Positions 51,138 through 61,324 of a stretch of 64,000 nt of DNA are shown piece by piece. The notes under the pieces are model-generated. The model ran no database searches and was not told the origin of the DNA. It saw only the letters and a list, made by a program, of their open reading frames with translations. Every line of letters begins with the position of its first letter. The stretch's first letter is position 1. The DNA is from Mobula hypostoma (lineage: Eukaryota), in NCBI RefSeq assembly GCF_963921235.1, contig NC_086108.1, positions 87,980,001 through 88,044,000 on the forward strand, given 5' to 3'. The translations under genes and the position numbers were made by a program.

Positions 51138-52737
51138 AATTTAGGATATTAGTTCCCCTCCAGTTCAGATGCAAACCATCCCTTCTGTATGGGTCCCACC
51201 TTTCCTGGAAGAGAGCCCAATGATCCAAAAATTGTACACCTTCTCTTCTACACTACCTCCTTAGCCATGTATTGAACTGTATAATCTTCCTAGTTTTGGC
51301 TTCACTAGCACGTGGCATGGGTAGCAATCCTGAGATCACAAACCTGGAGGTCCTGCCCTTTAAATTAGCACCCAACTCCCTGAACTCTCTATGCAGAACC
51401 TCGTCACTCGTCCTACCCATGTCATTGGTACCTACGTGGACCACGACTTCTGGCTGTTCTCCATCCCACTTAAGAATGCTGAGGACCCGATCTGAGATAT
51501 CCCAGGATCTGGCACCCAGGAGGCAACATACCATCCGGGAATCTCGTTCTCACCCACAGAACCTCCTGTCCATTCACCTAACTAACAATTCCCCTATCAC
51601 CACAGTGTGCCTCTTCTACCCCTTTCCTTTCTGAGTCACAGAGCCAGAGACCCGACAACAGTGACTTTCCTCTGTTAGCTCACCCCACCTAACTATCCAA
51701 AGTGATATACCTGTTGTTGAAGGGGATGGCCACAGGGGTACTCTGCACTGGCTCCTTAACCTCTTTCCCCTTTCTGACTGTCACCCAGTATCCTGTGTCC
51801 TGCACCTTGGGTGTAACTACCCCTTTATATGTCATATCTATCACCCCCTCAGCCTCCTGAATGATCCAGAGTTCATCCAGTTCCAGCTCCAACTCCTTAA
51901 CGTGGTTTGTTAGGAGCTGCAGCTGGTGCAGTTCTTGCATTTGTAGTCATCCGGGACACTGGTCCTGCAAGAGGATCATTCAACTATCCAGCCTGGAATC
52001 TCTACTGTCCTAGCTGAGCAGATATAAAGAAGAGAAGGAAAAAAACTTAACCTATAGCTTTTCTATTGCTTTCTCTGACTGTAGCCTCTCTTTCCCTCAC
52101 TGTAGCCTCTCTTTGCTGAAGTCTTGAAGAGCTAAAGCCTCAAGATGACCACTCTCACTCTGTCCACTCAGACAATGGCCACAGCGTTTGCCATTGCCTT
52201 CCTCTCGTTTGCTGTTGCCAGTCAATCCCAAAAGTCGGCTGGTCAAAGTTCTTTTTCGTAAATTGCTGCAAAGCTCTGCCTTTAAAATCTCAATCACTGT
52301 CCTGATTAAAGGTAGCTCTCTAATACACTCCCTGCCGTGGATTGTCCAACTCCGACAAAACCGGTGTGCAGCACAGCTTTTAAATCTTGAATGCAGACCT
52401 GACTAAAAGATAGCTCTTGCTATCAGCATTGTCTCTTGCTGATTAGTCACTCTTCAACTCAGAGAAACTGCCGCAAAACTCTGTCTTTAAAATCGCAATT
52501 GCTCTCCTGATTAGAAGGTTATCTGTCCCAATTTCCCTTTGCCTTGCTAACAGACCAATGTGACCCAATTAGAGGTGTCACATAAATTCACAATGTTGCA
52601 ATTATGTGGCACCAATTGGTCATTCCTGGGAATTAGTGCTTGAAATGAATCTGAGATAAGATGGGTTCAAATCAAGGATAAATAAGACAGATGATGATTG
52701 ACCCACTCACATTATTCTTGGCGATTGCATAAATGAA

Positions 52738-52743
52738 TTTATT
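52738..52743 (-). terminator. Candidate TIE1 polyadenylation signal AATAAA
   Basis: AATAAA on the minus strand about 0.93 kb after the stop, at the end of a repeat-free putative 3'UTR. Confidence 0.45.
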
Positions 52744-53670
52744 GACCATCAGGTAAAATAATTCTGTTTAGATTAAAGTGTGAAAGCAGTGTCTGAACTT
52801 TGCAAAGGGTTATGTCACCTTTAAGTAATATTTACAGTGTGTCAGTTTCAAAGTCCAGCGAAACCTGTCCGGGATATGGAAAATCTTGAAATAGGCTTGA
52901 ACGAATCACAGAACGGGCTTCCTGGAACTCATGGCACATTCACTGGTGAATGGAGTTACGTGGGCAAGCAATCTCTGACCTCTGTCACCATTCTCAGTCA
53001 AGTGTCTGCTGTCAAGTTTGCTCATGAATCAAACAATCTACTTTCAAACACGTACCCAAGAAGTCTGATCCAGAATCATCCGCTACAATAGCTGTTGACT
53101 GAAATTATGTATGCACACAAACATACATGTGGACAATATACATAGACAATATACTTGTACAGGGCTTATGTAAGAAATAGTATATGTTTCCAGTCCATCT
53201 ACGTGTCCAGTCACAAACCAAATGAGATGACAGTGTTGCTCCACTAGAACATGTTCCAAATGAAAAATCCCATTTCCAGTTTCAATTAAGTCAGCTCTCA
53301 TTGCCATGTTGCAAGGAGTATGGACCTTGAGAATCATCCCATTGTCAAGGATATTTCCGCAGCTGATTTCCAAGTGAATCTCGGTACTGGTCATACCACA
53401 CGAGATGACAGGAAGTTCATCACTCCATCACCGGGGTTAGATGCAGTATTCCACTCTGCCATGGGATTATGCTCAATTCCCAAACGTGCTTTACAATGCC
53501 GAGGAATCAACTTGTTTCATAGGTTATTCTGCGTTTTGTTTTGTTTTGGCTCATAGTGCAAGCAGTCAGCGTCTTGGGATAGGTAGCAGAGTCATCGAAA
53601 CCTGATCCCTTGGCAACAGTACTGGATCTACAGCATCCTGGGTACTGTGGATGTTTGTACAAGTCCAGTG

Positions 53671-53742
53671 TCACACTTCTTCCGCTGTGGCATCGATTCC
53701 AGCATATGTGAAGTTTTCAAACAAAGCTGTGTTCACGTAAGC
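53671..53742 (-). CDS. TIE1: TIE1 last coding exon (AYVNTALFENFTYAGIDATAEEV*)
   Basis: cccag| acceptor; TGA stop at 53673-53671. Confidence 0.95.
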   Translation of the reverse strand, partial: AYVNTALFENFTYAGIDATAEEV

Positions 53743-53964
53743 CTGGGGAGAGATTAACAGGTTGAAATAATTATTAAAGGCATTTTCTTTTGTCTTCACT
53801 AACTAACTTCCCTTGCCTTTGTAAGACACTGCTTAATTGCTGGGGATTGTTCTGAAGCCCAAATAACAGTGGATAACAGTGCATTATTTGGCAGTGGGAA
53901 GCACCACTGGCCACCAGTGAACTTGTCTTCACCTGACAGCCACAAAAGGTAAACGAATGGTATG

Positions 53965-54550
53965 TTATAGAGTCATAGAGCATGGAAACAGGCCCTTCGG
54001 ACCATCTGGTCCATGCTAACCTGATCTTATGCCTAGTGCCATCTACCTGCACCCAGACCATATCCCTTAAAAACCTTCCATAGATGTACCTATCCAAACT
54101 TCTCTTAAATGTAACAACTGAACCCACACCAACCACTTCTGCTGGTAGCTCATTCCACACTCACACCACCCAATGAGTGAAGATGCTTCCCTTCAGATTC
54201 CCCTTAAATATTTTGCTTTTAACCCTAAATATATGACCGCTATTTCTAGTCGCACCCAACCTGAGGGGGAAATGCCTGCATGAATTCACCCTATCTATAC
54301 CCCTCATAATTTTGTAAGATATATCCTCATTCTCCTATGCTCCAAGAACTAAAGTCCTAACCTATTCAACCTTTCCCTATAGCTCAGATCCTCAAGTAGA
54401 TTTTCAATGCACTATGCACTCTTTCAATCTTATTGACATCTTTCCTGTAAGTTGGTGACCAAAACTGCATGCAATCCTCTAAATTCAGCAGCACCATTGT
54501 CTTATACAACTTCAACATAACATCTCAACTGCTGTATTCAATGCCCTGAT
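53965..54550 (-). mobile_element. CR1 3' fragment in the last TIE1 intron
   Basis: WNELPAEVV...FKRSLDRY and a CR1 3'UTR. Confidence 0.75.
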
Positions 54551-55492
54551 ACATGTTCTTGCCACCTCCCTTATTAAGATGAGTTTAGTCAGCTAATATT
54601 AAAGATTTCTTGGTCAGTTCACATCAAGCCTCTTTTTTTTTTAAGAGTGACCTCACTTTGCTATTTATATAAGCCTTAAAAAAAAAAACTTCCTTATTTT
54701 ACCACTGAGGAAACCAAACCATCCATTACACAAGTATAAGGGAAATAGCTGGTTCGGAATTAAATCTGAGCAAAGCATATGCTGTTTGAGTAGGATCACA
54801 CCATCCCTGAGGGCAGGGTCTGAATTGTCAATTCTGTTTTGCATCAGGCTGTTATTAATTCAGAATCAGGGTTCATATCACTGGCATATTTCATGAAATA
54901 GCAAGGTAGTGTTCATGGGTTCATTGTCTATTCAGAAGTCTGATGAATTAGAAGGTATCTCAACTAGTTGGATAGGAACCAAATGTAAATTCCAAAATTA
55001 ATTCTTCACCATCGTACTGCTCATTTCCCCCATGCCCAGTCCCAATCCTATCGCCGATGTAAAGTAAAAAATTACTGTGTAGAACCGTTACCCACATCCT
55101 CCCCAGCCTCTGAACAAGTTGCACCACCACAGAGGCTGCAAACCTCTGCAGCTGCCATGTTTGCAAAATTCTCTAAAGATTCATCAATAATGCTCCCCTG
55201 AAAAATACCCGGGAAAGAAATGATGTTTTAAATAAAACTCCCAGGTCTTATTTCGGAGAAACCCAAAGAGGTGTTTAATTCAGTTGAGACTTTTCTTCAC
55301 AACACTGTTTGTACAAATAGATCTAGCAAACATTCTGGATCTACATCAGCTGGTTTATAGTCCACAGCAGGTGTCATTCAGGCTCAGGGAAAGGATTATT
55401 GTATCAACACCAGCTGTTTTGGGCTCATAGGTACTGACACATAGTTAATATTCGCAATTACTTTCCATTTGGTTTCACCTTGGGCAAATTAC

Positions 55493-55592
55493 CTTTCTTG
55501 CTTCGAGCATTCGGTTCAACTGCACTGATATCTGAGCAAAGGTTGGTCTTTCATGGGGCCGATCTCTCCAGCACTGTCTCATGAATTCATAG
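55493..55592 (-). CDS. TIE1: TIE1 penultimate exon ([33 protein letters not shown])
   Basis: attag| acceptor and |gtaatt donor, 100 bp. Confidence 0.95.
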
Positions 55593-56295
55593 CTAATGGG
55601 ATTTTAGATAAAGAGAGATGAAAACTTTAACCAATAACTCCTGAAATTAAAAAAAAAATAATGCTTCTGATTCCCCCCCTGTAAAAGCACAGCAATAAGA
55701 AAACAAATGTTCCTGTTTACAGTGACACACATGGTAACGCACATTTTATGTTATAGAATTCACCAATCAAAACCCCAAAATTTGAGATGTAGGTTAAGAT
55801 TCACCCTCATGAAAAATGTGGAGATAAATAAGCATGTTTTTTTTTGCAATGTGTGTTTCTTGAAGCATGCACAGATGATACAATTTCATGTGTCAGAAAA
55901 TTACAGTACGGAATATTTTCTAGGAATGCAGCCTCTGTCCCGAACCATAACGTATGAGTTGCCTGTAGTTAACTTTCAGCTCTTTGTAGATCATGTAAAG
56001 TCAGAAACATTGCGCTTTGATTTGATAAAGAATTTCCTATCGAAAGGTGCTGGAGAAAAGATGGAGCAGCCTAATTCAACAGAGTTTGAGTTTACTGGAA
56101 GTAAAGGAGAATTAAACCTCACAAGTAGTAATAAAATGTTTTGTCAAAATGTAAATTTCCCCCAAAATGAGGAAATGCCACTAGAAACAATGCACACCAT
56201 TATGCGCAGCTGATTGTTATGAATTCTACATAATTATGATTGAATAGCTAGGCAGTATTTAGCCTCTCCCTGGATCTTCCCCTGCATATAAAAGA

Positions 56296-56824
56296 CACTC
56301 AGTGGCCACTTTATTAAGTACATTTGCTCATTGATGTGAATATCTTATCAGCCAATCGTGTGGCAGCAACTCAATGCAGAAATGCAAATAGACATGATCA
56401 AGAGGTTCCGTTGTCCTTCAGACCAAACTAGAATGGGGAAGGAATGTGATTTAAGTGATTTTGACTGTGGAATTGATGGTGCCAGATGGGGTGGCTTGAG
56501 TATCTCAGAAACTGCTGACCTCCTGGGATTTTTCACACACAACAGTTTCTATAGTGTTCAGAGAATGGTTCAAAAAACAAATAGTGAGTAGCAGTTTTGT
56601 GGGCGAAAATGCCTTATTGATGAGAGAGATCAGAGGAAAATGGCCAGAATGGTTCAAGCTGACAGGAGGGCAACATTAACTCAAATAACCACGCGTTACA
56701 ACAGTGGTGTGCAGAAGAGCATCTCTGAATGCACAACATGTCGAACTTTGATGTAGACGGGCTACAGCAGCAGAAGACCACCACAGATTTCACTTCTGTA
56801 CTGAAATAAAGTGGCCACTGAGTG
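56296..56824 (+). mobile_element. Non-autonomous Tc1-like element
   Basis: TIRs cactcagtggccactttatt and aataaagtggccactgagtg; transposase N-terminus MGKECDLSDFD...ARWGGLSISETADLLGF. Confidence 0.85.
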
Positions 56825-57114
56825 TGGGAGTGTAGGAGTACAAATACAAACACACAGATCTGGAAACTCTCACAGGAATCCATTAGACTGATGAATTACT
56901 TTAAAGCTTTGCTCAGAATGAGAGATATTGCAAGATTTTCAGCACATAGAATGAAATGCTCATTAATGTGAAAAACAAAAGTAAAGTGAAGGGATAACAT
57001 TATGATGTTAAAAGATCGGATGAGAAGAACACTAGTGCCAGTGTAATGAGCGTGTCGCTCATTCCCTCTCACTGCCAGCCGACCATATGACAGCCTATGT
57101 GGGCAATCACTCAC

Positions 57115-57211
57115 ACTTCATCATCACAGTTGAGGGGTTTCTCCATTCGGAAGCCTTGAGGTAATTTCTCATAGAGTTCAGCACATGTCATTCCACAGTA
57201 TGGCGTTCCCC
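57115..57211 (-). CDS. TIE1: TIE1 kinase exon ([32 protein letters not shown])
   Basis: tgcag| acceptor and |gtgagt donor, 97 bp. Confidence 0.95.
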
Positions 57212-57824
57212 CTGCAATAATCAGAAGGCAATTAATGCAAAATAAATATAGAAGCAGGGTAGGCCTTGGTAACGTTAAGAGATTAATGTGGAAGATCAAG
57301 GTCTATCATACAGGCTACCATCAAGCTTGAAGGAGGAAGAGAGAGAAGATTTTTCCAGTGTAACTGCTATGTTTCAACTCATTTCAAAATCATTTTGAGA
57401 ATGGGTCATTTTTATTGCTGCAGCTTGCTTCACCCCATAAGTGATTCATGGGAGGGTGCTGGTGACAACTGTTGCTTCTCCAGGTTGACTTGCCGTATCA
57501 ATAATCCCAGGCAGTCTTCCACCCAAGAACTAACTGAGCCCAAATTTGGTTTCTGCGACCAGACCAGATCAGGTTTTCCTGGACTTGCATTACTGGATCA
57601 GCAATCCTGAGAACATTAGCGCACTTTTCACTATGTAAATTCAACCAGTTTAAATAAGAATTTGGGAACCCATTGCACCAATCATTTAAAAATCAGCGGG
57701 ATGATATTGAGAAGGGAACACAGACTGATGTACCGGAAAAGATGAGATTCTGAAGAAACACACAAAAATGAACAGAAATTAAATAGCCTGGAGACTACAG
57801 AAAGTCATTGCTGCTATTACTTAC

Positions 57825-57865
57825 CAAGGCTGACAATCTCCCACAACAGCACTCCAAATGACCAG
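57825..57865 (-). CDS. TIE1: TIE1 kinase exon (WSFGVLLWEIVSLG)
   Basis: tttag| acceptor and |gtaagt donor, 41 bp, in phase with its neighbours. Confidence 0.95.
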
Positions 57866-58397
57866 CTAAAGGATAGAAAAAAATCTACATGTAAATCATT
57901 TTCTAATTGATTGAGAGAAAACATAATTTGAGCAGTGTGTGATCATAATTAGTAACAAACCTAGAGCTGCACATGGTAATTGGGGCCTCAGGGGGAGAGG
58001 TCCATGTTCAAGCTAGGCACTCATTACACAGTGAGCTAATCTGAATGTTTACCACTTAGTGACGGCATTGAGTGTGAAACATTCGATGTACAGACAGTGG
58101 CAATGGAGTACTAATCTGACAATTCAAGTAAAGAGCTGTGCACGGTCCATGCGGGGACAAGCCTGAAGTGATAAAAATGTGCATGGACATTTGAAGAACA
58201 GGGTTACCACTCCTCAAATGACGTGTGTCAGCAGGGTGATGGCAGGGTGGTAGCAATGCCTTCACTCCTGCAGCCGTCACACCTTATGCATGAACATCCT
58301 CTCTCTTTATTCTTGGCTCATCCTTCCCAAGTCTCTTGCTTTCCAACCTTTACTTGAGCAGTTAATGTGTTGGGGATTTCCAAACTGAACACTGCTA

Positions 58398-58551
58398 CAG
58401 GTCGACCTTCACTAATCCGACTACCTGTAATCCGGTTCCTTCGATAATCCGGCACTGATTATGCTTAATGTGATCCTTCTGTAATTCAGCATTTTCACTA
58501 ATCCGGCACTCCTCAGGTCCCAATGGTGCTGGATTAGTGAAGGTCGACCTG
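58398..58551. mobile_element. Tigger/mariner-type MITE
   Basis: Perfect 21-bp TIR caggtcgaccttcactaatcc, TA TSD and internal taatccg repeats. Confidence 0.85.
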
Positions 58552-58849
58552 TAGCTATTTTTAAAAAATCTCTGCACAACTTGTCTCACATGTTCTCTCC
58601 AATTAAAAAAAATCTGAATACAAAGCAACAGAACTTTTTTTTTTGAGTATCTGGACCTCACACCACTGTGGTTGAATGAAGGCAAGCTGCTTCCTGAGGA
58701 AAGTTAATTTTAATTGTATCGTTCCAACTGAAAGCATTGGCGAGCTGACAAGCATTTCCCTGAAAATGCAGAAGCTGCTCCACAGGACCGAAAAGTACCC
58801 TGCATTGTCAGCATTTAATCACCGAAGTGTGTCAATCCTTCTTTATACA

Positions 58850-59263
58850 TACGAGGGGTGATTGATAAGTTTGTGACCTAAGGTAGAAGGAGTCAATTTT
58901 AGAAAACCTAGCATGTTTATTTTTCAACATAGTCCCCTCCTACATTTACACACCTAGTCCAGCAGTCGTGGAGCGTACGAATCTTGGACCTCCAGGAAGT
59001 GCCCACAGCAGGGGTGATTGATAAGTTCATGGCCTAAGGTAGAAGGAGATGGGTTATACAGTTCTCGTTACAGGCACATACAGTTCAACTCTTTGAGTGA
59101 TTATACAGAAAGTTTAAGGTTAATAGCTCATCAGTTAATAACGCATCAGGGGTGATTGATAAATTCGTGGCCTAAAGTAGAAGGGGATGAGTTATTAACT
59201 TCAAACTTTCTGCATAATCACTCAAAGAGTTGAACTGCATGTGCATGTAACGAGAGCTGTATA
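58850..59263. mobile_element. Rearranged mariner-like element
   Basis: ta-cgaggggtgattgataag terminus repeated three times, plus an internal inverted repeat. Confidence 0.6.
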
Positions 59264-60157
59264 CTGCTGAAACGTGAAACTAAATTTAAGTGACGCCCTG
59301 GGTGAGGGGAATTCATCACTCCATATATTAATGGAAAATAGGCACATCTACAGGGAGCGCTGTCACAAGAAAGCAGCATCCATCATCAAAGCCCCCATGC
59401 TCTCTTCTTGCAGTTGGCATCGGGAAGAAGGTACAGGAACCATAGGTCCCACACCACCAGGTTCAGAAACAGTTATTACCCTTCAACCATCAGACTCTTG
59501 AACCAGCATAAGTTCATTTACCCCAGCTCCAAAATAACTCCACAACCTAAGGACTCTCTTTCTCAAGGACTCTACAACTCATGTTCTCAGTATTATCTAA
59601 TTTTTGTATTTGCATAGTTTGCCTTCTTTTGCACATTGATTGTTTGTCAGTCGTTGTGTGTAGTTTTTCATTGATTCTGTTGTATTTCTTTGTGAATGCC
59701 TGCAAGAGTGTGGATCTCAGGATGGCATATGGTGACATATATACACTTTGATAATAAATGCACTTTCAACTTTGAACTAGACAATGACAACAAGAGAAAA
59801 TCTTGAAATAGGATGAATTTAGAATCTTTGTGACTGTTGTCTTACCTTCTCATTCTTATAGCACTGAGGGCACAGAGGATATCACCGAGTTCAGCCCACT
59901 GCGGAAACAGGACCTTTGGCCAACAGGGTCCATGCCTACCAAGATTCCCTCTAAGCTAACTTGCATTTGGCCCTTATCCATCTAAATGGCCTAATTCTGC
60001 TTCTATATCTTATGGTTTATGCTCTTAAGTGTTGTTAATGTACATGCCCCAACCACGTCCTTTTGGCAACTCATTCCAGATACTGAACACCATCTGGGTA
60101 AAAATATTGTCCCTCTGGTCAATATTAAACCTATCCCTTACCCTTGAAGTTATATCC

Positions 60158-60632
60158 AGGTCACTCGTCTGAGTGCTACTGGTACCATGTAACCCAGTAC
60201 TACCTGTCACATGGTCGGGTGGTCGGCGACTAAACTGGCTCCCCCACCGGGCTTGCCTGGTGAGGAGGGTGGCTAGACACCCTGCCGGATGAAAAACAAG
60301 ACCTGCAAAGGGCGGATGAACCCTCTCGTATGGCCAACGGCCATCTAGCAAACACGTGGCGTGAAGCGCGGAAAGGGCATCCCTTGCATCGAAGCTTGGT
60401 CTGGCCATTCACTGCAACAGAACTTCCCCCAGCTGTCTTGGACCTCATCATGCCGCTGGATCCGGGAGGGGATGTCGAGAGGGTGAGTCTGGACCTGTGC
60501 AACCCCCTACTCACCTAAAATCCATTCATGCACACACTGTTCCTTTCTGAGGAGTGGGGTATCCTCAAACCCCACTAACTGACTGAAAGGAACCATCATC
60601 ATCCCATGGGATGGATAGCCAGAGAGAGAGAG
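60158..60632 (+). mobile_element. Short RTE-derived element inserted in a CR1 remnant
   Basis: TSD atatcc (60152-60157 and 60633-60638), (ga)n tail, and a 5' part homologous to the element at 46-569. Confidence 0.65.
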
Positions 60633-60850
60633 ATATCCTATAATTCTTAATTCCACAAAGCTGGGCAAAAAAAGACTGTCTGCATTGACCTCATTTATAC
60701 CCTTCATGATTTCATATACCTCAGTATGATCACCCTCATTCTCCTATGCTCCATTGAAAAATGTCCATAAACACAAAGGATACATGGAAACATTAATGAG
60801 TGATGTATTAAAATGAGCAAAACTCCATGATCTAATGGTTGATTACTCAC

Positions 60851-60921
60851 ACATCGCTTTTTGTTGTATAGACACTGTAGTTCAAGGACTCAATTGCCAT
60901 CCAACGTACTGGAAGCCGCCC
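60851..60921 (-). CDS. TIE1: TIE1 kinase exon (GRLPVRWMAIESLNYSVYTTKSDV)
   Basis: tttag| acceptor and |gtgagt donor, 71 bp. Confidence 0.95.
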
Positions 60922-61324
60922 CTAAACGATTAGCAGAAGGAAAATATTAAGTCCTGAATAAGGTTCATTAGAGAAAGTACAGGTCCAGTGCAAAATACTG
61001 ATTAGAAAAATATTACATAAAAACATTGCATTTGAAAAAAGTACTTATATTGCTCCACCATTTTGCACGTTCAATTTTAGGAAAATATGTTTCTTACTTA
61101 GTGTTAGAGTGATTTTTGGGTTTAGCACATCTAGCAAATAACTTCAGAAACCAAACTTGAAATTGGAATATAGATTGTAGATTTAATTTAAAATACAGCT
61201 CTGAACAACAGTTTCCTAAAAGCCTTGAATCACAGACCAGACAATGCTGATTAAAGTACATTTAGATGTCTGTGGTGTCAGTGCAAATTGGGAGGTGTGA
61301 AGTTTGTGTATAGTTTCAAAGTAT

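Larger units (their letters stand above)
47120..52190 (-). mobile_element. Long degenerate CR1 LINE with ORF1 (SGNH esterase-like) and ORF2
   Basis: ORF1 has VCCLLGAR...VVVHVGTND...DGLHLN. ORF2 has LKVLYLN..SIQN, KSPGPD, PQGSVLG and KFADY. It is interrupted by Penelope (48163-48645) and Rex (50368-51137) insertions. Confidence 0.88.
53671..60921 (-). other. TIE1: TIE1 receptor tyrosine kinase, last five coding exons (upstream exons lie beyond position 64000)
   Basis: Spliced peptide [57 protein letters not shown]...FENFTYAGIDATAEEV*. TTKSDV, WSFG and FENF..GIDATAEE favour TIE1 over TEK, as does adjacency to MPL. Confidence 0.94.

Noticed and set aside
60255..60300. CTGGTGA...GAAA as a hammerhead core in the RTE 5' module
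   Set aside because: The core is non-canonical, CTGGTG is paired in a co-varying hairpin, and the GAAA is not kept in the other copy.
53671..60921. TEK/TIE2 as the gene identity
   Set aside because: TTKSDV, WSFG, FENF and IDATAEE, together with MPL adjacency, favour TIE1.
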